Shown here: in pieces, positions 13,316 through 29,539 of the stretch
Position numbering within the stretch: the first letter of the stretch is position 1
Layout of the letters: the number at the start of each line of letters is the position of its first letter
The notes under the pieces: generated by a model
Database searches by the model: none
The model's input: the letters and a program-made list of their open reading frames with translations, nothing else
What the model was told of the DNA's origin: nothing
Translations under genes and position numbers: made by a program
Origin: the human T2T-CHM13v2.0 reference genome, Homo sapiens
Length of the DNA stretch: 64,000 nt
NCBI RefSeq assembly: GCF_009914755.1
Contig: NC_060925.1
Strand: one strand, 5' to 3'

Positions 13316-14090
13316 TCATTTATTCTTCATTCAACAAACATGCAAAGCACTGTGCCAGCAGTATTGTGGGGAGGGGAGGCACAATTCAAAATGAGGAAAA
13401 TAGTGTCCGTCTCATTAAGGGAATTAAGTTTGGTGGGGGATATGATTAGCCAAATAGTCCCCTGGCATAGGAGGAAGATAATGAGGGAGTGGAATAAGGC
13501 TACAACAACGAATATAGGGAGGAAGGGACAGATTTGAGAGACGAGGTAGAATTAATAGGACTCGATGGCTGGTGGGAGGAGAAGACAGGAGTAGAGGTTA
13601 GCTCCCAGGTTTCTCCTTGACCATAGGAGTGTGTTGGGACATTCTGCCAGTCAAGATGGGGGTGACGGGGAGACTGTAGAAGGAAGGTGGGGAGTTTTTG
13701 AAGAAACAGAATGTTGTATAGACTGAGTTTTGAGGTGTTTGTGGGGCAGTAAGGGTAAGGTGTCCAGTAAACACAGGTTGGTGCTCAGGTAAGACTGTAA
13801 AACTGCATTTATAGATACAGGAGTCTTATAGATGGTAGTTAAAGCCATAGGCATGAATGAGATAGCTTAGAAAAAGAGAAGAGAAACTAGTATACAGCCC
13901 CCTAAGAAACTCAATTTAAAGGTTCGGGGGAGGAAGCAGATCTTAAGGTGACAGATCACTGGTAGACAGTTTGTGGGTTTTTTGTTTCTTTGTTTAGCCA
14001 GTTTGGTGAGGTAGGAGAAGAAATCAGAGTAGAAGAAGGTTCATGAAGGGAGTGATTAACAACATGAACTGCTGCAGAGAGGGAGTTCTT
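13316..14090 (-). mobile_element. L2 LINE fragment
   Basis: TCATTCAACAAACATG...CACTGTGCCAG L2 terminus, purine-rich antisense body. Confidence 0.6.
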
Positions 14091-16199
14091 TTTTTTTCTG
14101 TGTGTTTTACCTTTCTACTCCCCATCTTTTGGGGATCTTGTAACTCTATGACTTACTTACGTTATTCTCCAGTATTTCTTGAAAATGAGCATTGGAAAAA
14201 CCAATTCTAAAATGGCTAAAACTAGGACTTTCAAGTTCACCACAACTACCACCAATTAGGAGATAATTGTAAAAGAATAAACAAAACCTAATTTTGTTCC
14301 TAGCCAATATTATAAACCATGTTCCAGCATACTAGATAATAGTAGCATACTATATTTATTTCCATAATTTGTCTTCTTTAGAGCCTATGAACTCCTAGGA
14401 GCAGAAGCTATATTCTCTTCATTTTTGTCATCTCAGGGTCATGGCATATACCAACAGATCAGTATGTGCAAATATAATTGAAATAGGCTAGTAGTCTGTG
14501 GTTTATGAGTATGGGCTGGGTGGGCAGTGGATCAAGAAGTGATAGGAGTACACAGGATGAACTCAGAATTCCTGAATCTTCAGGTAAGCAGATACTTAAC
14601 TACATTATCATTGTCTTTTCCCACTCACCCCAAGTTGGAGGTTCTATGGTTTTGTACTTTAAGCTGGTGGTATAATTGTCAAGCATGTAAATTCTGGCAT
14701 TCTTCCTGGTACTGCTAGAGCATTGTTATTTCTATGCATGGGGGTAAGAAGGCTCAGAGAAGGATCCTGGCGGATACCCCAGTGAGAAATCGTCAGTGGC
14801 AGCCAGTGTGTACATACGTGGACCTAGCATTCCTCTGGAGGCCAAGTGTTGTAAATTGGCCTGTGGCTATCATCTGGCAGACTCCCTTGGGAAAGAGCCA
14901 GCCAGCCCCATGCTTCTTTTCAGCAGCAAGGGTTAGGGAGGTTGGTTGAACTTGAAGAGCAGATTGGACATGGAGCAGATTTTGACCAGTTGAAATAAGA
15001 CATAAATTTATGACTCCGAGTGAGGCAGAAATAAAGAACTTAGCAGGGGGAATAGGAGGAGGATGATTATGGCAAATTTTGCTATAAACTTTAGTTTTAG
15101 AAAAGATTGATATTGAAAAGCCTTCAGGATTTGCCTGTGGTTGCTACTCAAGTTAAAAAGACTGGGAGCCTGCATTGTTTGGTCCTGGAGCTCAAGGTTT
15201 TCAGTGAAGGCTTGTCCTGGCACCTCTGGGCATTCCTTTTCATTACTGGTTGAGCATCCTTCCTTCTGCTCTGTCAATTGGCAAAATATGCTGGAGCACA
15301 TTCTGGACTAGCAGTTGCCTTGGGGTAGTCAGGCTGGGTATTTGTTTGGTATCTCTTGGTGTAGCAGACCCCAGAATCTCATGGCAATTAGGATTTGGTG
15401 GCTAAACGAAAGAGTTAGTGCAAGGAAAAGCCTAGTTGGAATTTCTGAGTCTGGGCCATCCTTAAGCTGCTGTCTACTGCCTGAATGGGAAGTAATGTCG
15501 AATTGGAAAATTAGCTCACCATTTTTGTTCTAGCTTTGCAGACATTTATTCCTCTGATGATAGGCTGAGAAATGCCTAGGCCGGCTTAGAAGGCACACAG
15601 CATGACAGAAGTACTCCTTCAAAGCAGCTGTGTCAAGAAGGAAGAGCTGGAAAAGTGGATTTGCTGGGGAATTAGATGCATTTAGTTTTCCACTTACGCA
15701 CAACTGCCTTCTCCAGTATATCATACCAAGGTTTTTTAGGCCTTTGTGGCTTACCCTGCAGGAACATACTGTGTCCTGTTGTTCTGGACTGTAGCATCTT
15801 CACCACCATCCTCTTGGCAATGGTTTTTTGTTTGGGGTTTTTTTTTTTTTTTTTTTTGGACAAAGTATAATAATATTGAGGGACCTTTCTAGGGAGCCTT
15901 TGGTCCTTTGTCCCCATTTTCCAAAGGGAGGGAACTTTCCTCTTAAAAGAGACAGTGGGAACTTTTAGCCAGGTTTTTGGAAAAGGCCTGTGGGCTATTA
16001 ATGAGAGTGAGCTGCAAAAGGAGGAAGGGTTTGTTTGGGTACTTTGAAGTACTTAGCTAGGTGTTTTCTACAGTATCTTATATAATTGCATCTTACAGCA
16101 TCTTTACATGCGAAATAGTTTATCAGTTATCTTCAATTGCATATTACAAAATTCTGATTAAATTTTTCTTAAATAAGAAAACTATCATTTCATATGACA

Positions 16200-16600
16200 A
16201 GAAATCCTAATTTAATGTTACTCCAAGGTTGGTTAATTCAGTGGCTCAGTGATAACACCAAAGACTCAGTTTCTTGAAATTTTTTTGCTCTGCCATCCTC
16301 CATGTTTATCCTCACGCCAGTTCGCCTCATGGTCCCAATATGGCTACTGTAATTCTGGGAAGGAAATGCTGACAGAACCGTGTCTGGCAAAAGAGAGACA
16401 GATTTTTCTGTGTCCTTCTAAAGCAAGGAAGTCTTCCCCTGGAAGCTCCAGCAGATACGGCCTCATGGCTTTGCTAGAAATGGGTCATCTCACTCCTGTC
16501 ATTGGCAAAGCAAGTAAGATCATCCATCAGGAGTGGCTTAGATTAATGAATTATCCTTTGAGTCGTGTAGACTAGAAAGTTCAGTCATGTCTACTAGCAA
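16200..16600. mobile_element. Ancient ERVL solo LTR remnant (LTR33-like)
   Basis: TGCTCTGCCATCCTC...CCTCATGGTCCCAATATGGCT motif resembles LTR33 by recollection. Confidence 0.45.
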
Positions 16601-17102
16601 GAAAGGAGATAAGGGCTGTTGGATAAGCAGCATCTGGTCTCAAAGGTACTTCAACTTTTACAGATGAGAAACATGAATCAGAGTGACTTTCCCAGGCTCA
16701 CAGCAAGTAAGAGAGGGCCTTCAGTGTTAGCTGTGTCTGTCCCTAAAGCCCATGTTTTATATTGTATCTTGCTAGAGTATAAAGTAACTTACTTTCTACC
16801 TTGTAGAAACTGATGGTCTAGGAGAAGAGATTTGAACTCAGGTGCCCAGTTGACTCTAATCTTGGCCCATGTGAGAGGATTGTACTCAGTTGCTCTCCTC
16901 ATCCAGTGATGTTTCTTGTCTAACACAAGAAGCCTAGGAGTAGAAAGTCCTAAGCAGAGTAGAATAATAGCGGCAGCAGGGAGGGAAGTGTGAACTGTGT
17001 GTCCCTGAGCCTGACTTACTGGGCAGGGACATGACACTTAAAGCGGCAGCTGGCCACTCTGTCTTTCCTGCATGCACTGAGTATTTGGTAGCTCATTAGT
17101 GA

Positions 17103-17484
<382 letters not shown>

Positions 17485-19402
17485 TCTTTTACCTGTTTCA
17501 AAATTGAGTTTTATTGAGTTGTAAGAGTTCTTTATTCATTTTAAACACAAGTCCTTTGTTGGATATATCTTTTACATCTATTTTTCCCAGTCTGTGGCTT
17601 GCCTTTTCATTTTGAAGAGCAAAAGTTTAAAATTTTGTGAATTTATTAAAGCTCCGTTTGTTGCTTTTTTCTGTTCTAGTTTATACTTTTGTATCATATT
17701 TTAGGAAATTTTGCACTGGGTATTTGATGGCTCCTGAGGAGGTTCAACTTTCAGAGCGCACTGATTTCTCTGCACCTGAGATTTTGTACTATTTCTGTAT
17801 TTCTTTCTTCTCAGAACAACCAGTGTCACCAGGTATGAGGGCAGAGTTTTAGCTTGTTTGCTGAGCCCCATTCTTGAAGCTCATTTATTTATTCACCTAT
17901 CTGTCCATCAATCCAACAAATATACTGAATGCTGCTATGTGCCAGGTACTGGCACTGTTCTAGGTACTGGGGCAATGACAGTTAAGATAATACCCAATGA
18001 CCCTGCTCTGTACCCTTAAGAGCAGACTCAGTTGGGAATGAGTTATCCAAATATAGGGTGTACATGTAGTCAGGAGAGAGCCTCATACAGCTTTGCCTTT
18101 GGCAGAATCCTTCAAACCTCTTTGTCTTCCTACTTCTTGATATTACAAATCATGAGCCTTTCACATGCATTGACTCTAAAGAGGTGGGTTCCTGGATAGC
18201 AGAAGTAGATAGGAAGGCATCATTGACATTTACTGAGATGGATTGAATCAGAGGGTGTAAATTCTGCTCCATCAATGTTGAAAAAGACTAGCCCACCCCA
18301 AAGGTTTATCACTGTCACCATGTCTAATGTCTATTCTGGAAGAAGCTGAAGAAGTCTGCCTTTGTTTAGGGAACCGGTTCCAGAATCAGAGGGGTTGAGG
18401 ATATAAAAGACCCTTGCACAAGAGTTGGTATTTACCCTGTCAGATGCTGCTACCAAGATTTGGATTGTGTACAGTCGAGGATTAAAAATGACTTTTAAGA
18501 TGCAGTGTTTCATCTGGTGACATTTAATTTGATATTTTAAAATTGGGGAGGGTATTTTCAGCCATGGGGGTAGGGATGTGAAAGAAGAAGAAAGTAAGAA
18601 TTGGAGTCAGATGTGGTTTTGAGTCCCATACATTTATTGTTTAATATTATATGGTAAGTACTTTAAAATGGTAAATAGTAAATACTTGTGTTATTCACTA
18701 ACATTTGGGGAGGATTTTCTCTGTGCTTTATGTATATTACCTAACCTTACAAACTGTGTAAGGTACATGCTGTTCTCTCAATTTTTCAGATAAGAAAATT
18801 GAAGCCCAGAGAGATCAAGTGACTGATCCAAAGTCCCACAGTGAGGGGAACTGAAGATAGGATATTCTTTCTCCTTTTCCTCTTTAAAAAATTATTTTGA
18901 TTAAAAAAAACCGTATTACTGAAGCATAGGGACATGGGGAGAAATTATGAATGATTCCTCAGCCTGAATAAAATAGTATGTTTCATTAAGGCAACAAATA
19001 TTTATTAAGGACCTAATATTTGCCTGACATTCAAGTGAGGTGGGGGGCACACAAGTAGTAAATAAATAACAGACTGGGCAAAGGGCTACCAAGGCAATAC
19101 TGTAGTAGACTAACAGGTGCCCCACCATAGATGGGTGGTCCGGAAAAGGCGTCTCAGATGTCTTTCGTTGAGACGCAAAAAAAAGCTGTGGGGTAGGGCG
19201 TAAGGGGAGGGTGGAGAAGAGAGAGAGGGTTCCTGGCCAAGGGAACCAAAAGCAGAGAAGCTCCAAGTCAGAAAAAAGCAGCGGTTGGCCCGTTGGGAGA
19301 ATTGGAAGCCAACCAGTATAGCTGTAGCACAGGCGGGGCCCATTTACGCCGTGCGTTTTCACCCTGGAAAGGAGTTTGGGTTTTCAAGTGTGACGAGGCG
19401 CT

Positions 19403-19462
19403 ATTAAAGAGTTTTAAACATGGAAATTACTCGATCTGATGTTTGTGTAGTGTCCTGTTTGT
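19403..19462 (+). terminator. Probable distal AGO1 polyadenylation site (ATTAAA + GU-rich element)
   Basis: ATTAAA 19403-19408 followed ~30 nt later by GATGTTTGTGTAGTGTCCTGTTTGTT. Confidence 0.55.
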
Positions 19463-19539
19463 TAGTCATCTTTTCCAAACTATAATACATTTTTTTTTTC
19501 CTAAAAATGGTCGTTAAAGCAGCCTAGGACTTAGGTCAA

Positions 19540-20560
19540 TTGCGGTGGTCACTTGACCGCCTGTGAGGAGGCGGCGCGTGGGGTGGATCGGACTGGGCGT
19601 GGCGGGGGCTCAGGAAGGAGGGTGGCCCTACCCCAGCGGGCTCGGCTCGGGGCCTCCGCGGCAGTTCGGGGTCCTTCACCCGCCGGCTCCAGGTAGGCTA
19701 CTCCTCAGGTAAGCCCCGCCGCCAGCCGCGACGTCGTCGCAGACAGGCACCGCCCCCACTCGTGCGGCGCGAGTAGTCCTGCCCCTCCGCGTTGTCTCCG
19801 GCCGGCACGGCCCGGCGGGGTACGGCCGAGCCCGCCGCATGTGGCCCGGCTCCCGGACACCTCCCCGGCGTCCTCCGCGCCGGCCGCTCCTGCCCCGACG
19901 TCGCTCCGGCACGGCTCGGGGCCCAGAGGCGAGGCGAGGACGCCGGGCAAGCCAGGCAGCGGAACTGACGCCGGCGAGCTTCCGGGGCGGCCCCGGGCAG
20001 GTCGGCGGCGGCGGCCCGCAGTCGTGGAGGAGCGGTGGGAGCGTCGGCGGCCGCGGGCGATGCAACTTCCGGACGGGACTCTCCTCTGTCCGCGCCTCAC
20101 ATCTCCCCTTCCTCTCGCCTAGTCCTGTGCCGTTTTCCGTCCGCGACTCTTCCGGCCCAGAGCTTTCGGAGTGCGGTTGCTCAGGGGAAGCCGTCGCCGC
20201 CCCCGCCTCGGGGCCGAGTGAGAGTGCCCGTCGCGTCGCGCCGCGTCGCCCCCCGGGCCGCCTCCTTGCCGCCAGTGGCGGGCTCCGTTCTCCCTCGAAG
20301 CACTCCCCCCAGCTCCATGAATGGAAATCGGCTCCGCAGGTGAGTCAGAGTAGCTGGGCCAGGTAGGGGATGTCACCCAGCTACTGTCCTCTGAGCATCC
20401 CTGCTCCTCCCGCCCGGCCCAGGTGCGCGAGGTGAGCGTCGGGCGGGCATCGCTCGGTCTCCCGCCCCTCGCCCTGCTCCTCCGCGACCTCCCCGCAGCC
20501 CAGCCCCAGTTCCCCGGGGGCCCCTGAGTCGGCGAAACTGCGAGGCGGGGAAACGCTTGG
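19540..20560. promoter_or_regulatory. AGO3: CpG island / TATA-less promoter and 5' UTR of AGO3
   Basis: Abrupt very GC- and CpG-rich segment; GC boxes (GGGCGTGG, CCCCGCC); ETS/GABP motif ACTTCCGG 20065-20072 and further CTTCCGG copies. Confidence 0.93.
20321..20339 (+). CDS. AGO3: AGO3 coding exon 1 (start codon)
   Basis: ATG GAA ATC GGC TCC GCA G|gtgagt = MEIGSA(G), the AGO3 N-terminus; consensus donor. Confidence 0.95.
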
Positions 20561-22255
20561 AGGATTTAAGTTTGGGGTTATCTAGGCGGCATTACTCTTT
20601 GCTGGAGTACCCTTCTTCTAGACTTTAGAATGGTTTGCCATTGTCTAGTTGGAGTGCGTGTCCTTTAGCCAGGTTGTGTGTTCCGTAGAGGCTGGGCAGC
20701 CAGCCAGCTCCCTTACCTACCTCTTAGGATAGTTGTGAAGATAGGCTGAGATAACGGATAACTTCAGATTAAGTTCGAAGGAGGTGTTGGTGCAACGTTA
20801 AATTCAACATGGCATTGCTCCTACCCTCGAGTTCTTTTCTGTTGTTTGTGGCAGCATGGTAGATAGTTTCTGAGGAGCTTGGAAATGTCATAGCAGCCTG
20901 GATCCCTGCTTATACGAGGAGGTGGTTCTTAAAATTGCTGACAGTATATTTTTTTTCATTCTCTATTCCTTAGAGAAGTAGTTGTCATATTCCTGGAAAT
21001 TTGGAATTTAAGAAAACTGCTTTATCTCTGGGGGCAAGAGCAGCAGTTTTGCAGTCTTAAGAGAAAATTGCAACATGGATAGTACTTGTCCTTAAAAAAG
21101 GAAAAGTATTGTTTATGGTTCTAAAGTAATTAATTCAGGGACAGAAAGGTGTTGCATAACGGTTTGCCTAACAAATGATCATGCTTGGCTTATTAAATTT
21201 GAAAGTATGCTTCAGACGATCACAAGTTCGTAAATTAATTTTCAAAATATTTGCGGGGCTGTCTTGTTACTAATGGTGTTACAAGTTCCTGAATTCCATA
21301 TCTCTTTTTGCCAATTTGATATAAGAAAAACTTACGTAAAAGAAACCAGTGACATAACGATAGCTAAGAACTTTGTTGAATAGATTACGTGTCAAATGGT
21401 TGCAAAAAAGCACTCAAACTGGGGAGATGAGATGGGGAGAGAGTTACAAATTTTTTTTTTTTTTTTTTACAAATTTTGTTACATGGAAGTTTCTCTAATC
21501 AATTTAGACCATATCTCTTTTTCCTGCTCCATTGTTTCGCTTTCCCCCATATCGTCTTAAAAGGTCTGTCTGGATTGTGAAAAGATTTCGACTCTTATTC
21601 AGTTTTGATTTGTGTATTTCTGAAACTGTCCTGCCCTTTTAAAAAAATTACCATACTACTGTTTTACTGTACAGGAGATGTGATTATTTGGGACCATAGG
21701 TGATCTTTGTACATAACTGTCCTGTTGTCAAGTCTGGAAAACAAGTCATGAAGGTCAGACCCTTTATTAATCATCCCAAAACTTTTAAAGATATTTCAAA
21801 AAAGTTTTTAAAGTTTTTTCTTTTTCTCCTTAGGGTTTTTCATATGATATTGTGCCCATATATATGGGAAATGTCTTAGAAAACATTTGTTAACATCAAA
21901 CCACCTAGTCAACTGGTACAACTAAGCCAAGTACAGCTCAGAAAATACATTTTACCTCTTCTTTTTTGGGTGTCCCATTGCTGAAATGGATACCCATTTA
22001 GCTGTCTTCACATTTGGGGAAGTGTGTAGTTAGATTATCAACTATATGCCTGGGTCTCTTGAAAAGTAAAGTTTTTTCTTCAGTACAGTTTATACATGAT
22101 TGAATGTAGCCTAATAATGAAGATAAGCTATACTTTGGCTCAAGATTGTCATCAGAAACAAAATTTTCATTATTCCTGAGACTTGTATATAATTGGTATG
22201 CTTAGCTTTAAGTTGAAAGCATAGCTGTGCAACTAAATTTTAAATCCATAATTTA

Positions 22256-22534
22256 GGCTGGGTGTGGTGGTTCATGCCTGTAATCTCAGCACTTTGGGAG
22301 GCTGAGGAAGGATGATCGCTTGAGCCCAGCAGTTGGAGACCAGCCTAGGTAACATAGTGAGACCTGCCTCTACAAAAAACAGAAAACTTAGCCGAGAATT
22401 GTGGCACATGTCTCCAGTCCTAGCTACTTGGGAGGCTGAGGCAGGAGAATGGATTGAGCCCAGAAGGCAGAGATTGCAGTGAGCTATGATCGCGCCACTA
22501 ACTCCAGCCTGGGTGACGGAGCAAGACCCTGTCT

Positions 22535-22567
<33 letters not shown>
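22256..22567 (+). mobile_element. Alu (AluJ-like) with long pure poly(A)
   Basis: Sense Alu ending in ~30 A. Confidence 0.92.
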
Positions 22568-22571
<4 letters not shown>

Positions 22572-23536
22572 CATTTGACACGTATTTTGATTTTAAAATT
22601 TTAGTATAAATGTTCTCAAAAAGTCTATTGACTCAGTATTGAATCTTGGCTTTCCAATTCTGCCATAAGTTTTTCTTTTTTGTGGAGATTCTCAGGAATC
22701 ATCTTGTGATAGGATATTTTAAATTCTAGTTGCTCGGTGGATACACAGAAAACTGTTAAATTTGTTTACATTAGGGAACCTCGAACACAAATACCATATA
22801 AGTTAGTATTTGTTCTTTCATATGAAATATTTTAAATGCTTTTTAAGGATATCTTGTGCAATCTACTGATTTAGTACCATCAGAACTTTGATTTAACAAA
22901 AAAAAAGGTGAAATTAGTTAAAAATTAATCAACAGTTTAACATCTGTGTCTGTGACTCTTTAGTTGGGGAACATCTGATGAAACACCGTTTTTTATGGTC
23001 TAATTACTGCTGAACTAAGAGTATAGGTTATGTTTCAGTTCTAAATAAAGTGGGAATAGGGAGCTGCAGAAATGCTTGATGATGTTACTTCTCCTGAGTA
23101 CTCATTTTTTAGGTCCATACTATTCTAGTCTATGTTTTCAGGTAATGTTAGACTACCGTTTAGGACAGAGGAACTACACTTTATAATGGAAGAAAAACAT
23201 TTACTTTTACCTTAAATTAATGACATGCAAATTGTTTGATGTTTGGTGGAAGTTTTATACAGTCTTGCAAAAGTGAATAGACTGTTTCTTTCTTATTTAC
23301 ACTTTTAAATTCATGTCTGAAAATAGTTGTTTTAGAGTTCTGTGTTTATTTAATAATAAAAGTTTTAGAAAAGTTATTTGGAACCAAGTTCCAAAGGAAT
23401 AAAAGTTGCATATATGGGAAGCTAGAACTAAATCAAGATTGGGATTTGAATGATGTAGATAAAAATTATGGGTCAAAAATACCTACTAAAATATGTAATG
23501 CCATCAGGGTCCCAATTTAGTATTTAAAACAATCTT

Positions 23537-23808
<272 letters not shown>

Positions 23809-25306
23809 AAAACAATCTTCTTTAATAACTTTGAGAAATGTTTTTGTCGTTATATAAATTTTCTCACTTGTAGTTCTTTGCCTTGAAGAAAAAAAATCAA
23901 ATTACTGCTCTGTCTGTGGGCATGAATTTTGAAAGTGATAAAGGTTTTTCTACTGGGTTGTCACTTAAATTTTGGCTTATGCTGCCCTGGAGTGACCATT
24001 ATGACTTAAAAAAAATATATTTATTGCACTTGACTGGCAGTGGGACTTATAAAAATGTGCAAGATTGTTTTGATATTTGGTTTAGAATTTCTCTTTCAAT
24101 GAAGGGACTCCGAGGGAAAACAAAAATTGAGACATAAAATAAATTTTTCCTTCTAAAAAAAGACTTAAGGGAAAAGACATATAGATAACCTTCAAATATA
24201 ATTCAGTTAACATGAAGACATTTACAAAATTACCCATGATTCTATCAGCCTCATATAACCGTTCTTTACATTTTTAAACCAAATTCTAAACTAATCTGTT
24301 TAGTTTTTTAAAACTTAAGGAATTAAGTTATTTAGGAAAGCCATTAGAATGAATGAAAAGATATCTACATGCTACTTCATTTTGCTTTTTTGGAGAATTG
24401 TATGTAATAAGTTGGTAATTTAGAATTAATTTGTATTAGTTTATATCTTCCAATGGGAACATTGCGTTTTTTAGTTACTGCCTGGCCTGACAGTATGCAA
24501 AGAGGCCTGGGGCCCTGTAAAGGGGACATTTCCTGGAAGAATTCTCTGTTGTATATGGAAAAACCCTGGCTCAGAGTAGATTTCTTGCCAAATTGTCTAA
24601 GCTGATGGATTCTAGTTGAATACCATTTTGCTTTATAATATAGCCATCTAGTTTCACATCGGTTTCTATATTCTTAAAATACTTGAGGATCTACCTGAAA
24701 GGTGAATTAAAATATTATTAATCTAACAAAACATATTATCTTATAGTACTTAAAACTAGAATCTTAAAAAGTAATTTATAAGTTTTTGTTGTTGCTAATG
24801 GGTAGGGGAAAAAAGACCAAAGTGATAATTCTGTTTTCAGGAAGGTAAAACTAAAAAGATAATTTATTTAAGATCAGTATCCTTTCCAGACCTGTTTAGT
24901 CTCAGACTGTTGAGATGAACAGCATTTACCAGACATTCCTACCTTCTAATTCAGTTGTCTTGGATACTGAATAGACCCTCATTCTTGGCTCATTAACAAA
25001 ACAGATGTGAGAAAGAATATTGTGTGGTTTTTCAGCCATAATGGTTATGCTGTTAGGATACATGAACAGCCTTTCTGTATTTGGAGTTTCTGTGGTTTTC
25101 TGCCATTATCTGTGTTAATATTAATGACTTTCTTTGGCTAGCCACTGCTTAAAAAAAAAAAACCAACTATTGAGATTCAGCAAAACCTTGTCACACAACT
25201 GATGCTTTCTCTTATACATTAAAATGTGGGCATTTTGTGGTTTGGTTATAATAAAAAAAAGTGTGCATTAGTCTGAAATGTCAGTTTAAGGAAATGAAGA
25301 ATTCCT

Positions 25307-25773
<467 letters not shown>

Positions 25774-26029
25774 TAGGTTTTTCATTTGTAGAAGAAATTT
25801 TACAAGAATGTGTTCTCAATTGTAAGCTTACATAATACTACTTTTGAGTCATTACTAATACTTGGTATTTTAACTGATTTCTGAATCTTCTAACAATATG
25901 AGAGAGACATAGTATTTCTGTGAACTTTAAAAATGATGAAAGAATAGATTGCAAAATGGGCTCTTACTAATAACAAGGGAAATGTCCCCTTTTATTTTCA
26001 AGGGAGGAAATGCCTTTTAAAAATTGTTT

Positions 26030-26595
<566 letters not shown>

Positions 26596-26777
26596 AAATT
26601 GTTTCCCATACTGCCACCTGATAAGCTTAACCCTCAACTGGCTGGATGTTCTATAAGTGATTATTTAATTGTAATGAGCCTAATAATAAGTGCGGTATGT
26701 TTGGACAGATTCATTGAATGAAAAAGTGGAATTAGCAGGTAGGAGGTTCCTGAAGTTCCATGCTGTTTACTACGTAG

Positions 26778-27179
<402 letters not shown>

Positions 27180-28374
27180 AAAAATGCATTCTTTTTCCAA
27201 TTATAAAATAATAACTACATGTTTATTACTTTAAAAAACAAACGATATAAGAATGTCTCAAATAGAAGATGAAAGTATAATCCTATCCTCCAGATGAAAC
27301 CATTGTTAACTCTTTCTTGTATATCTTCCCAGACATCCATCCGTCTGTCCATATATTTATCATACGAATTGTTTCTAACCTTCTTTTTCCACTTAGTAAT
27401 GTGTCGTAAGTATCTTTCCCATATCATTACTTACATCTATATAATAGTATAATAATTTATACTGAGTACATAGCATTTAATTTTATCTGTATATTGATCA
27501 GTCTCATTGATAGTGGTTTAGATTTTTTCCAGTTTTTTGTTATTATGACTAAAACTTTGTAAGTATTCTAGTACATATGTGTTTGTATACTGGTCCAGTG
27601 CTTGCTTTTGGATAAATTGTTAGAAGTAGAATTATTGAAACAGTATTCCATGAATATTAAAGAAAATGTTTCCAGTGAAAATCTATAAGTTAGTAATTGG
27701 CTATAGTATATGTTATAGTTGATTTTGATTTATTCACTGCTTGTTTTTTTTCATCAGTCACATTTGCTGTAGGCTATTGTTTAGCTTTAGACTTTCCAAC
27801 TGGTACACATTGGATTACTAGATGAGTGAACAACATGGACACATGTATGCTTTGGAAATGTATGGTTTTATGTTTGAAATTTAGTTTGGTTAGTTATTAT
27901 CCAGTACATACAATAACTGCTGAAAGAAAAGTTTGATATAGGGAGAAAGTCCAGATAGTGCTTTGTATTTCTGTGTAGTTATATTTCCAACTCTAGTGGG
28001 CAGTATGTATTTGTTAAATAACTAAAATATGCTTCATTGGAAGTATAATTCATTGTATTGACAGAATTGTTTCATCTGCTAATTTACATTATTATGTAAT
28101 GTAAATATTTCATAATATTCTGGATATTATGAAAATATCCAGAATATTTTCTGGATACTAAACTTGATTAGTATCTATAGAATTCTGTTCATTGCTTATT
28201 CATGCAACAGAATTTTGCTTTGTGCCAAATTATTTAAAAAGCACCAGGTAAAGTAATGACCATGGAGAAAAAAATTGACAGTATGATATAGTGTAAAAAA
28301 CATGGGTTTTAGAGACAGATTCTGGCTCTTAAATTAACTGAAATTTATTAATGATGTGTCGGTATAGGTTTGAG

Positions 28375-28520
28375 TGCAAATGTTCTCCTCTTGTAGAGGA
28401 TGTTGATAGTAGGGTGTCTGTGTGTATGTCAGGGCAGGAGGCCTGGGACATATGGGAAATCTCTACCTTCTGTTCAATTTTGCTGTGAACCTAAAACTTC
28501 CCTAAAATAGTCTATCAGAA
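28375..28520 (+). mobile_element. L1MC-type 3' end inserted in a MIR
   Basis: ATATGGGAAATCTCTACCTTCTGTTCAATTTTGCTGTGAACCTAAAAC L1MC terminal motif. Confidence 0.65.
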
Positions 28521-28959
28521 AAAGTTAACTGCTACTTTGGGCAGTGCATTTAATCTTCCTTAACCTTAATTTTCTTATCTGTACAATGGGATAGTAAGAA
28601 GAGATGACACATGCAAAGGAAATGGCCATTTCTCTCTTTTTTATGATATTTTACTATAGAGAATTTAGGATGTATACATATAGGCAGAACTGTATAATAA
28701 ACTCTATTGTACCCACCACCCAAACGCAGTCATCAACCCACGTCCAATCGCTTCTCTTCTACTTTTCCCTCTTTTATATTTTTGAAGCATATTCTAGGTA
28801 TAATATGATTTTATTCATATTTAGTAGTAACTATAAAAGTTATGGACTCATGATATAGTACCATTATCACAGCAAAATAATAATCACTTATAAAAATTTC
28901 TAATCATTGTTCAAATTTTTACTTGTCTCACATATTATTTTTTAAACTGTTTGCCTTAA

Positions 28960-29274
<315 letters not shown>

Positions 29275-29539
29275 TGATTCAAAATCCAAATAAGTTCTAC
29301 ACATTGTGATTGATCGATATGTCTTTTAAGTGTCTTAATCGGTAAGTTTTCTCTCCTTGTTTTTCTCCTCTGCAATTTATGGGCTGTTTGTCCTTTTAGA
29401 ATTTTTCACGATCTGGATTTTGCTGGTTCCATCTTTACAATTTAATTTAACATAATCCTTTGAATTTCCTGTAAACTGCTAGTGGATCCAAGGGCTTGAT
29501 CAAATTCAGGCCATTCTTTTTGAACTTACTACAGTTGGG

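Noticed and set aside
19533-19558. AGGTCA half-site and GGTCA-CT-TGACC palindrome upstream of AGO3
   Set aside because: Spacer is 2 nt rather than the 3 nt of an ERE; RORE 5' extension not matched
19676-20376. Long Arg/Gly/Pro-rich ORFs on both strands (up to 175 aa)
   Set aside because: Expected from stop-codon depletion in a CpG island; no recognisable homology
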